IMG/VR virus record: IMGVR_UViG_3300012663_000759
Location: 4,772 to 68,771 of that record
Source of the DNA: a virus
DNA: 64,000 nucleotides
Direction: 5' to 3' (one strand)
The notes beneath the pieces were generated by a model. It was not told the origin of the DNA and ran no database searches. It worked only from the letters and a program-made list of their open reading frames with translations. The translations under genes were made by a program, and so were the position numbers. Positions 37,456-45,193 of this stretch are shown in pieces (positions within the stretch are counted from its first letter, which is position 1; each line of letters starts with the position of its first letter).

Positions 37456-37940
37456 TTTTCTTTACTTAGTTGACTCAACATGCTTTTCATTTCGTCTTCA
37501 GTTTTGAATGGCCCCTTAAACGCATAACGTTCTAATGTAATTAATTTAGGGCAAAAGGATTTAACCCATCCTTTTCGAAACTGAATTACGTAATATCCTG
37601 CACAATATAAACTTTTACTTTTTCCGCTTTTTGAATAAATTGGAAGTTTCTTTTTGATGTTATAAACAGGATTATGAGGTTTGCTACTACAAGGAAATTC
37701 ATATACCTCTAATGAATCGATTTTTGTTTTATCGGAAGATTTAGTAACTTTTTCAATTTCATTAGTAACTTCTTCTCCGAATGTATTTTTAATTTCAGTC
37801 TTATTAACAATGTCAATTTTTTGACCTTTTCGATAAAAACTAAAACCTTTTTTCTCTTTGTTTAAGGTGCCCAATTTATTGCCGCCATCCTCTACAATCC
37901 ATACTTTGTTTGGTACTAGTACCTTTGCTACTGCATTCAT
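37452..37940 (-). CDS. Hypothetical protein
   Basis: 162-aa Lys-rich ORF with an ATGA overlap with the nuclease gene. Confidence 0.7.
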   Translation of the reverse strand: MNAVAKVLVPNKVWIVEDGGNKLGTLNKEKKGFSFYRKGQKIDIVNKTEIKNTFGEEVTNEIEKVTKSSDKTKIDSLEVYEFPCSSKPHNPVYNIKKKLPIYSKSGKSKSLYCAGYYVIQFRKGWVKSFCPKLITLERYAFKGPFKTEDEMKSMLSQLSKEK

Positions 37941-38923
37941 GATATATACCTTGCGTTTAATGGTTCAGCATAACTTTGTACATTGTCACTAATTCGTTGC
38001 AAATCGTATTCTGCACAGAATTTTAGTAATCGGAATCCTACTTGAGGAATATGTTTCTCGGCAGTTATAGCTGTTTTAATAGTTTCTTCAATAACAGTTT
38101 TAATCTCAGCAGGTTGTGCTGTTAAATCGCACAATACAACATTACGGTTGTAGTCATCTAATACACGGTGTTCGGTGCCTTCATGATCAGACCAACGCTG
38201 AAGCATCATGTTATTCCAATTATACCCCCTTGTATTACGATCTGCAAACGCTTCACGGAGACCAACTTTATTCTTTGTACCTTTTTCACGTACTCCCGGA
38301 TATGCACTAAAGATGTTGTCGGAGGTGTCGCCACGCATACATTTCTCAAATAACAACCATTGTGGATCCGGCGCAGGCTTAACTTGTTTAGTTTTCTTAT
38401 CAACAACAGGTTTACCTTTAGCATCAAAATATCCCTCGTGTGTAGTTGTAATCTCCATCACACCGTTATATTGCTTAACATTAGGAGCGATAAGTTGTGC
38501 AAAATCTCCATCTGTACTGATAATTACGTGGTTATCATTTGGATGTGCCTGTATAAATCCTGCAATAAGATCGTCTGCTTCTAACTGTGGATTTTGTAAT
38601 ACTGTACAATTAGTTTTGTTAATAACAAAATCCTTAAATTGATCAAACGTTTCCCAAAATAACTTTTCTTCTTCAGCTTCGCGGGGGCTGTGCGCGGCAC
38701 GAGCATCGGATCGATTTCTCTTGTAAGGTGCATAATGATCCTTACGCCACGATCGACCTTCGAGGCAGAATACAACATGGCTACCGCCAAAATCTTTCCA
38801 TGCTTTCTTAATAGAATTAAGGACAATGTTCATTGCCATGCCAACTTTTTCGTTAGCATCACCTCGAACTACATGTCGGGCTCTAAAAAATGTGTTTGCT
38901 GTATCTACAAGAATATATGACAT
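37937..38923 (-). CDS. 5'-3' exonuclease/flap endonuclease (T4 RNase H-like)
   Basis: ILVD..N.FFR, SWRKD...YKRNR, LEADDLIA, IISTDGDFAQL, GDTSDNI. Confidence 0.92.
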   Translation of the reverse strand: MSYILVDTANTFFRARHVVRGDANEKVGMAMNIVLNSIKKAWKDFGGSHVVFCLEGRSWRKDHYAPYKRNRSDARAAHSPREAEEEKLFWETFDQFKDFVINKTNCTVLQNPQLEADDLIAGFIQAHPNDNHVIISTDGDFAQLIAPNVKQYNGVMEITTTHEGYFDAKGKPVVDKKTKQVKPAPDPQWLLFEKCMRGDTSDNIFSAYPGVREKGTKNKVGLREAFADRNTRGYNWNNMMLQRWSDHEGTEHRVLDDYNRNVVLCDLTAQPAEIKTVIEETIKTAITAEKHIPQVGFRLLKFCAEYDLQRISDNVQSYAEPLNARYIS

Positions 38924-39348
38924 TAACTGATCTCTGTTTTACCATCACCTAGGGCATTCACATTGACATACCCTGCACCACGTTGACTCATATCTACACC
39001 AGATTCGTTACCGATATTTCGGCAAAGGTCCTGGAACCACAAGTCAACAACCATCTCGTCTGATTCACCTTTGTAACCAGCAAGTCTTAATTGTACTACA
39101 AAATTCTCATTCCAGTCAAGTTCAAAAAATCCGTTGCGGGGGTTCTCTGCATTTACCTTGGTATCTAACACTCCTACCCAAGGTTCACCTCTTTCTGTTG
39201 CAACTTCTTTTGGACTCAATATAGCCAATCTTGCTCGTTCAATACTTGCAGTTGCTGCCGCCTCCGCTTCAATCTTTTTCTTTGTTGCTTCTGCAACTTC
39301 TGCTTCAATTTTATCAATACCAAAGATTTTTTTAATAAATTTATTCAT
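38923..39348 (-). CDS. Hypothetical protein
   Basis: ORF between queE and the nuclease. The second Met (MNKFIKK) is taken as the probable start; the start is uncertain. Confidence 0.6.
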   Translation of the reverse strand: MNKFIKKIFGIDKIEAEVAEATKKKIEAEAAATASIERARLAILSPKEVATERGEPWVGVLDTKVNAENPRNGFFELDWNENFVVQLRLAGYKGESDEMVVDLWFQDLCRNIGNESGVDMSQRGAGYVNVNALGDGKTEIS

Positions 39349-39349
39349 A

Positions 39350-40207
39350 TTAGGTGCCCCATTCATTCTTAAAAAGTGGCACTTGCAGTCGATCGCTATA
39401 TCTAAGTCCCATCTTCATAGCAAGTTCTGCCACACGTCTATTATTAAGTGAATATACACTTTCAACACCGCCCACTGGCATCAAATATACAGGACCTTCA
39501 AATCCTGCACCTTTGTATATATTAGCCACTTCGAATGCTTCTCTAGCATCCTCTTCAGATGCAATTACAAATTTTAGATATGTGTAACCGTAGTCTTGAT
39601 ATTCTACAACACGTTCTGGTTTAATTGCATCCTCTCTAGGTTCTCCACTGCCCGATAACTTAGCACTAACACTAAATGTAATTTCACGTCCTGAGATAGC
39701 ATGATTTCCAGAATACCATTCGTCTAAATATTCTTTGAAATCGTTTGTTAGGCGCATTGTTCCGTTAGTTTCAAATGTAATTTCTTTTAACGTTGCCATA
39801 TTAGGTTGACTTAACAGATCCGGATATGCTTTTTGCCAACCTAACAAAGGCTCTCCACCAGTAATAACAAGATGTTCTTCTCTCCATTCTTTGTATGGAA
39901 GTGTATCAATAATCCGTTTAGAAATTTCTTCAACTTCGATAAGATGACTGAGATCTTTGAATCTTGGATCCCAGCTGGCGTAACTGTCACACCCTGTTGT
40001 AACTAACGGTAAGTCTTCGTATTTCTTAAATTCGACTACTCGTTCTGCAATAGCATCGACTTCGGTGCTTAATTCGCCTTTAGGCATGCCAAATCCTGCA
40101 CACTTGAAGTTACATCCAAATGTACGCAAGAAAACAGACGGAACACCCATGAACCGTCCTTCACCTTGTATGCTATAAAATAATTCTGCTATTTTAATTT
40201 TACTCAT
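39350..40207 (-). CDS. queE: 7-carboxy-7-deazaguanine synthase (radical SAM)
   Basis: ELFYSIQGEG...PSVFLRTFGCNFKC...GCDS, LVITGGEPL, FETNG, RLQV are QueE signatures. Confidence 0.88.
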   Translation of the reverse strand: MSKIKIAELFYSIQGEGRFMGVPSVFLRTFGCNFKCAGFGMPKGELSTEVDAIAERVVEFKKYEDLPLVTTGCDSYASWDPRFKDLSHLIEVEEISKRIIDTLPYKEWREEHLVITGGEPLLGWQKAYPDLLSQPNMATLKEITFETNGTMRLTNDFKEYLDEWYSGNHAISGREITFSVSAKLSGSGEPREDAIKPERVVEYQDYGYTYLKFVIASEEDAREAFEVANIYKGAGFEGPVYLMPVGGVESVYSLNNRRVAELAMKMGLRYSDRLQVPLFKNEWGT

Positions 40208-40472
40208 AAATGTTTGACCATTTCTTTAATTTTTCAATTTTTGCTTTCTTAGCAATCTCTAAGTGTTCTAATGATATTACACTCTTTTCTAGCATGATGT
40301 CAATCATAGCTAGCATATCACCTAGTTCTTCTTCTAGGTGTTCTCTATTGGTTTTTGGTTTGCCTGGCTTAAAATTATCAATACCAAATCGGCTAATTTT
40401 ACTAACTGCTTGAATTACTTCTGCACATTCTTCCTGCAGAATATCCATTACTTCTTTTTCTTTTTCATTCAT
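40200..40472 (-). CDS. MazG-like (all-alpha) nucleotide pyrophosphohydrolase
   Basis: EECAEVIQA...LEEELGDML matches the EExxE...EExGD motif. Confidence 0.75.
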   Translation of the reverse strand: MNEKEKEVMDILQEECAEVIQAVSKISRFGIDNFKPGKPKTNREHLEEELGDMLAMIDIMLEKSVISLEHLEIAKKAKIEKLKKWSNIYE

Positions 40473-40926
40473 GATTTGCTCTTTGTGTAAGATATATGTC
40501 GTTATGTATCCATTTGTTCTTTACAAGGAATCCCCATTCTCTTTTTTGTGGTCCTGGCATAAACAATGTCCAGCATTCAACAGTTGGGTCTAATTCGATG
40601 CGATGAAAACTATTAGCACTACTAGTGCGAAAATGACCAGGCTTGCGCCAATATGCGATTTCTGCAATTTTATTACCATCTTTATCAAATTGTGGAACCC
40701 ATTCGTAATATCCGCCTTTTAATATGAGTGTAGCGTAAGGCCATGGATGATCATGCACATCATCGGGATCTGACTTAAGGAACTTGTGAAGAAAGATATT
40801 AAAGGGGAAACGCTGTCTATCTTTAAGAAAAAGATAGTAGCGTTCGAGATAAGGTTCGTCATTCTGTCTATCCATTACAACTCGTTTACGTCCGAGTCGA
40901 TCTAAAGTTTTAAGAAACCAGTTCAT
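40465..40926 (-). CDS. Cupin-like protein
   Basis: LHKF...HDHPW....ILKGGYYE...FHRIE...WTLF is a cupin His/Glu metal pattern. Confidence 0.55.
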   Translation of the reverse strand: MNWFLKTLDRLGRKRVVMDRQNDEPYLERYYLFLKDRQRFPFNIFLHKFLKSDPDDVHDHPWPYATLILKGGYYEWVPQFDKDGNKIAEIAYWRKPGHFRTSSANSFHRIELDPTVECWTLFMPGPQKREWGFLVKNKWIHNDIYLTQRANHE

Positions 40927-41138
40927 TTGCAGGTTTCCAAAAAAGTATCTAATCTAGATACTGCTTCGTTAAACTCAACGGCCCATACTTTAGCATATAT
41001 TACACCTTCTTTGATTTCCATATCAAACGGAACAACTCCGTTAAATCTAAAATCTTCGGGAACATCTGTAGTAACAGTAAACTCTTGTAAGTTTCTTGCT
41101 CTTGAAATTAAATTATTAGCCATGTCAACTGAATTCAT
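40923..41138 (-). CDS. Hypothetical protein
   Basis: 71-aa ORF, translationally coupled on both sides. Confidence 0.65.
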   Translation of the reverse strand: MNSVDMANNLISRARNLQEFTVTTDVPEDFRFNGVVPFDMEIKEGVIYAKVWAVEFNEAVSRLDTFLETCK

Positions 41139-41248
41139 AGTTCCACCTCATGATATTTTGAAGCAGGGTAGTTTTCCTGCAACCACTCTAATAGTCCCGG
41201 TTCAACTGGCAATCGAATACTATCATACTTGTTAGTAATATATTTCAT
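41135..41248 (-). CDS. Small protein missed by the ORF track (37 aa, MKYITNKYDSIRLPVEPGLLEWLQENYPASKYHEVEL)
   Basis: Fills the gap between folE and the 71-aa ORF exactly, with ATGA overlaps at both ends. Confidence 0.7.
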   Translation of the reverse strand: MKYITNKYDSIRLPVEPGLLEWLQENYPASKYHEVEL

Positions 41249-42075
41249 CGCGGTGCAAACTCCTGTTGTAGTTTAATGTTATCAAAGAACTCTTTTTTAG
41301 TATTGCCGTCAGTATTAAAAGCACCCTTTAGCACTGTAGTCTGTGTTAAAGAACTATGTGCCATAATGCCTCGATTCTCACAGCATCCATGAACGGCCTG
41401 TACATAGACTGCTACGTTTTCTGAATCGGTTGCTTTGCTAATTTCTCGGGCAATGTCATTGCAAAGTTCTTCCTGTAGCGTACCACGACGAGCACACCAC
41501 TGAGCAATACGAGTGTACTTGCTAAGACCAATGAGCTTTTGAGCGGCAATAATCCCGATATAAGCAACGCCACTGACAGGTTGGTGATGATGACTGCACA
41601 TACTGCGAAGCTCACTACGTACCACAAGCATTCCTTCGTATCGGTCCGCTGAATCGTTTGGAAATGCTGTTGCGTCTGGTGCTGGCTCATAACGGCCCTC
41701 CATAATTTCGTTAAAGTACATCTTGGCAAGCCTACGTGCTGTGCCTTTACTGTTAGGGTCATTTTCACGATCAATGAGTAATCGGTCAAGCACTAGTTCA
41801 AATGCTTCTGTTGCTTCATCGATCAATCTTTCTTTATCGCCTTCGTGTAAGTAGTCGCTAATGTTATCTCCGGCCCAGAAACGTTTGTTATCACGTTTCA
41901 TTTTAGCACGAAGATAGTTTCCCAAATACTTTTCTTCTTGATAGCCTTTATCAGACATCATGTCTGCGGCTTTAACAAATACTTCTTTACCTAGCGGTGT
42001 GTATTCTTCTGGCTTAAATTCTGACTTAATACCAGCTTCAATTACTGGGTCAGGTACAAATTTATTTTTTGACAA
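41245..42075 (-). CDS. folE: GTP cyclohydrolase I
   Basis: TARRLAKMY, SMCSHH, IGLSKYTR, RRGTLQEEL, HGCCENRG; TTG start with a GGAG RBS and an N-terminal extension. Confidence 0.93.
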   Translation of the reverse strand: MSKNKFVPDPVIEAGIKSEFKPEEYTPLGKEVFVKAADMMSDKGYQEEKYLGNYLRAKMKRDNKRFWAGDNISDYLHEGDKERLIDEATEAFELVLDRLLIDRENDPNSKGTARRLAKMYFNEIMEGRYEPAPDATAFPNDSADRYEGMLVVRSELRSMCSHHHQPVSGVAYIGIIAAQKLIGLSKYTRIAQWCARRGTLQEELCNDIAREISKATDSENVAVYVQAVHGCCENRGIMAHSSLTQTTVLKGAFNTDGNTKKEFFDNIKLQQEFAPR

Positions 42076-42117
42076 TTATTATTCTCCGAGTTAACGTCGA
42101 GGATGACGTATATTATA

Positions 42118-42146
42118 ATACTACACTATTATTTAGGTTCTGTCAA
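42118..42146 (-). promoter_or_regulatory. Sigma70-type promoter for folE, with an embedded TAAATA
   Basis: TTGACA-N17-TAGTAT with a TAAATA in the spacer (42130-42135). Confidence 0.65.
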
Positions 42147-42926
42147 CCTTAGTAATGTATTTTTCTTTACTGCCGCATCGATCATGTTTAATGGAACATT
42201 AAACCACTCTGCATATTTGAGTAATGCAGATGTGTCTTTTGGAAAACACATTCCTCCAAAACCCAATGCTCCGTCCGGGCCGGGAACCTGCATATGACTA
42301 TTTCCAATCCTTGGATCCAATATCATAAGTTCTGCAACTTTGTTATATTCAACTCCAGACTCCTTTGCTAGTTTATAAATTTCATTCATAAACACTACCT
42401 TGGTAGCTAGGAAACAGTTAATTGAATATTTTGTAAGACTTGCTTCTGCGGCAGTACAGTATTGTACATTTTCTAGAGCACCTTGAGTTAATCTAACAAC
42501 CCTCTCAGCCTCTCTAATATATGCCATAGTAGATCCGCCAATAATAGCAAACTTTCCATTAGCATAATCTCGACTAGCATTTGCCGCAGTTAAAAATTCA
42601 GGTACATGAACTAAATTTTTATAGTCTTTAGATAGCTCTTCGTAAATCTTAGGAGGTGCTGTAGTTTTGCTAATAATAACACCTGTGTAATCTTTAAGTT
42701 TGCTCAAGGCATCTTCAAGAATACCTGTATCACAATTACCGTCTTCTGTGCTTGGGCTAGGAACACATACAAACACAGCTTCACAATCCATTAAGTCTTT
42801 ATAGGTATGCGGCAATCCCTTTGGAGGATCAACTAGTATTAAATTATACAATCCGTTATCTAACGAATCGCGTACTGCACCGCCTACAAATCCTAAACCT
42901 ATAATTCCAAATTTACCAAAGTTCAT
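42129..42926 (-). CDS. UDP-glucose/GDP-mannose dehydrogenase family protein (short, two-domain)
   Basis: GIIGLGFVG Rossmann motif, FVCVPSP, SKTT, PEFL, KY..N.FLATKV.FMNE, GFGGMCFPKD (catalytic Cys). Confidence 0.88.
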   Translation of the reverse strand: MNFGKFGIIGLGFVGGAVRDSLDNGLYNLILVDPPKGLPHTYKDLMDCEAVFVCVPSPSTEDGNCDTGILEDALSKLKDYTGVIISKTTAPPKIYEELSKDYKNLVHVPEFLTAANASRDYANGKFAIIGGSTMAYIREAERVVRLTQGALENVQYCTAAEASLTKYSINCFLATKVVFMNEIYKLAKESGVEYNKVAELMILDPRIGNSHMQVPGPDGALGFGGMCFPKDTSALLKYAEWFNVPLNMIDAAVKKNTLLRLTEPK

Positions 42927-44017
42927 TTAATATTCTCCAATAGCACGTTTGCACTAAAGAAATATTTAGACAAATCGTTAGCCTGTTTGCGTAATTGTGG
43001 CAGTTGACTTTTATAATGATCCATGTGTTGCATAATTGCAAAACACAAATTATTGCGATGTTGCAGATACGAATCAAAACTTGTAGTCCACTCACTAGGA
43101 TATTTGAATCCTTCGTAATACATTTCACTGTACGACAAACGATCCGGCACCATAGGAATAGCATCTACTAGTGCTCCTTCGTAACAGCCAATGCCCAGTG
43201 TTTCTTGCAAACTTGCACTAAACACAATTTTAGCTTCGCCTAACAAATTGTGATATTCATTTTTTGTTAGTTGTTGATCTTGACAAACAATAAACTCATA
43301 TTGAGGCAAGTGTGTAGCCAAGTCACGGAAGATTTCGACTTGCTTCTCTGGAGCAATGCGATGTGGAAACAGTATAAGATCACGTTTAGGCATGTTCTTA
43401 TATAAATCTAAAGTTGAATCCATATACTCCATGGGCCAACCAGTTTTTACTATCTTGCCACTGTCGTAGCGTTCCGCCCAATCTTCTTCATACCAAGCAT
43501 TTTCACTTGGATAACCATCTTCAAGTAGTTCATCGAAAAATAACTTTACATGAAACTCTGTAGCAAAGTAATTGTGATCAAATGCATGGAAGAAACTTTT
43601 CTCAGCATGTCTAACCCACTTCTTCTTACCTACAAGGCGTCCTAGGAAATCTTGAGGATCATAACTGCCAGCATGCCATAAACCATGTGTAGTTACTGGA
43701 ATGCCCAGCAACTCACTCATGTACTTGAGATTGATGATACCAGGGTGCCAAGCATCAGTAAATATAAAATGATCACCTGCATGAACGGCTCCGTCGCAAA
43801 AAAGCCGACCCATCTGCTCAACCTGCCGAGCCTTGTAGATGTTTGTGCCGCCAAAATTAAGAAAGGCACCAGGAGTAGTAGCACTAGGGATATCTGTAGG
43901 GCCAGAGATAACTTGAACATTGTGTCCTGCCTTTTTAAGTAGGGAAGGTACATGGGCCTTCCATTGACCCGTGTACCTTGTCTCTACTGATTCTAAATCA
44001 ACGAGAAAAACGTTCAT
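42923..44017 (-). CDS. Glycosyltransferase, GT-B fold (GT4-like)
   Basis: ILFPHRIAPEKQ...SASLQETLGIGCYEG...PMVPD...YSE (E-x7-E). Start reassigned to MNVFLVD at 44017. Confidence 0.8.
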   Translation of the reverse strand: MNVFLVDLESVETRYTGQWKAHVPSLLKKAGHNVQVISGPTDIPSATTPGAFLNFGGTNIYKARQVEQMGRLFCDGAVHAGDHFIFTDAWHPGIINLKYMSELLGIPVTTHGLWHAGSYDPQDFLGRLVGKKKWVRHAEKSFFHAFDHNYFATEFHVKLFFDELLEDGYPSENAWYEEDWAERYDSGKIVKTGWPMEYMDSTLDLYKNMPKRDLILFPHRIAPEKQVEIFRDLATHLPQYEFIVCQDQQLTKNEYHNLLGEAKIVFSASLQETLGIGCYEGALVDAIPMVPDRLSYSEMYYEGFKYPSEWTTSFDSYLQHRNNLCFAIMQHMDHYKSQLPQLRKQANDLSKYFFSANVLLENIK

Positions 44018-44246
44018 TGTTATACTGTGGACGTGGATTCTTTCCTTGATAACCAGTCCTACGCTCACCGCCACCATTATATCGAGAAAAATTTCGATAC
44101 TCTTGACTGCGATAAAGATCGGCAGGATTAAAAGGAATAAGATTAAACCGGCAATGATCTAACCATTTGTCGAGATCATCAAAGATCTTTTCGACTTCTG
44201 GTTTCATTTTAAGGGTTTTTTGAATGTAAGCAGGGATATTTGCCAT
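43998..44246 (-). CDS. Hypothetical protein
   Basis: Likely start MANIPAY at 44246, immediately after the upstream stop. Confidence 0.6.
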   Translation of the reverse strand: MANIPAYIQKTLKMKPEVEKIFDDLDKWLDHCRFNLIPFNPADLYRSQEYRNFSRYNGGGERRTGYQGKNPRPQYNNERFSR

Positions 44247-44247
44247 T

Positions 44248-44649
44248 TTAAGATTCCATTGTGGAAATATGATTAAGGAATGTAAGTGTGGCGCCATTCT
44301 CGCCATCTTCACTTACGTCAATGATAGTCTTACGACCGGGGTATCTTGCTTTGATGATGTCGTTGAGATCACGAGCAATCATCTCACAGGATTTGTGGTT
44401 GAGCTCTAATGTGCCATCACTGTAGCACTTTTCGAGCCAACGCTTAAACTGAATAAATTCAATATCGCGGTCATCTTGGAAGACCTGGATAAAGACCTTA
44501 AAGTGAAAAATATGTCGATGAGGTGTTCCGAGGAAACTAACATCATATTCATCGCCTGTAGCTAACTTAGGATCAGTCGCCGCGGCTGGATACATGTGAA
44601 TACCTTCTTTACGGAAGGTTACCCAAATCATTGATAAATCAGCGTTCAT
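44248..44649 (-). CDS. QueD-fold (T-fold) protein with an LxxxHRHxF motif, DpdL-like
   Basis: H...FLGTPHRHIFHF...DIEF...SCE...VSEDGE. The QueD-like His/Glu layout is kept, but CxxxHGH is replaced by LxxxHRHxF; it sits in a que/dpd cluster. Confidence 0.72.
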   Translation of the reverse strand: MNADLSMIWVTFRKEGIHMYPAAATDPKLATGDEYDVSFLGTPHRHIFHFKVFIQVFQDDRDIEFIQFKRWLEKCYSDGTLELNHKSCEMIARDLNDIIKARYPGRKTIIDVSEDGENGATLTFLNHISTMES

Positions 44650-45158
44650 TTTAATGCTTCGTCGTTTTTATATTGTGACCAGTCTGTAAACTTACTACGA
44701 TCCATTAGTGTATGTAGACTGTGGGACCATACACCGGGATTGGTTGCCTTAAAATCTTTATCATCGATTTTAAGCATTGTATTATAATTCCATAAGGTAA
44801 TGTAAGGAATTGGTACACGGATTTGCGGAATAAAGTTATTGTACTCGCAATATCCACTTTCGTGAAATTCTTCTACTTGATTAATAGGAATATCTAAGCT
44901 ACATAGATAATCTTTATCAAGGAAGAAGAATACCATTTCTTCCCATGCTTTATGTTCTTCGTATGTTTGAGGATTGAAACTATGATTAGCACCGAAGAAA
45001 ATATGTTCTGCACCGTTTAGGTTTAGAGCAATTTCTTCTACAGGATGTACACCTGTTACAAACAATGTTTTAAGTCCGTATGCAGGAGTATGTTCAACTT
45101 CTGTTCCAATAAAGAATTGGACATTATCTAATTCACCAGTTGTGTAATTGCGTTTCAT
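44646..45158 (-). CDS. Hypothetical protein in the deazaguanine locus
   Basis: 170-aa ORF coupled by ATGA to the QueD-fold gene, with its own sigma70 promoter. Confidence 0.7.
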   Translation of the reverse strand: MKRNYTTGELDNVQFFIGTEVEHTPAYGLKTLFVTGVHPVEEIALNLNGAEHIFFGANHSFNPQTYEEHKAWEEMVFFFLDKDYLCSLDIPINQVEEFHESGYCEYNNFIPQIRVPIPYITLWNYNTMLKIDDKDFKATNPGVWSHSLHTLMDRSKFTDWSQYKNDEALK

Positions 45159-45164
45159 TCTTAA

Positions 45165-45193
45165 AGTATATACTAAGTTGTATTAATTGTCAA
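45165..45193 (-). promoter_or_regulatory. Sigma70-type promoter
   Basis: TTGACA-N17-TATACT on the minus strand. Confidence 0.75.

Noticed and set aside
42085-42112. Small hairpin (ACGTC-ATCCTC-GACGT) in the folE leader as a preQ1 riboswitch
   Set aside because: It has only a 5-bp stem with a 6-nt loop and lacks the preQ1-I loop and A-rich 3' tail consensus.
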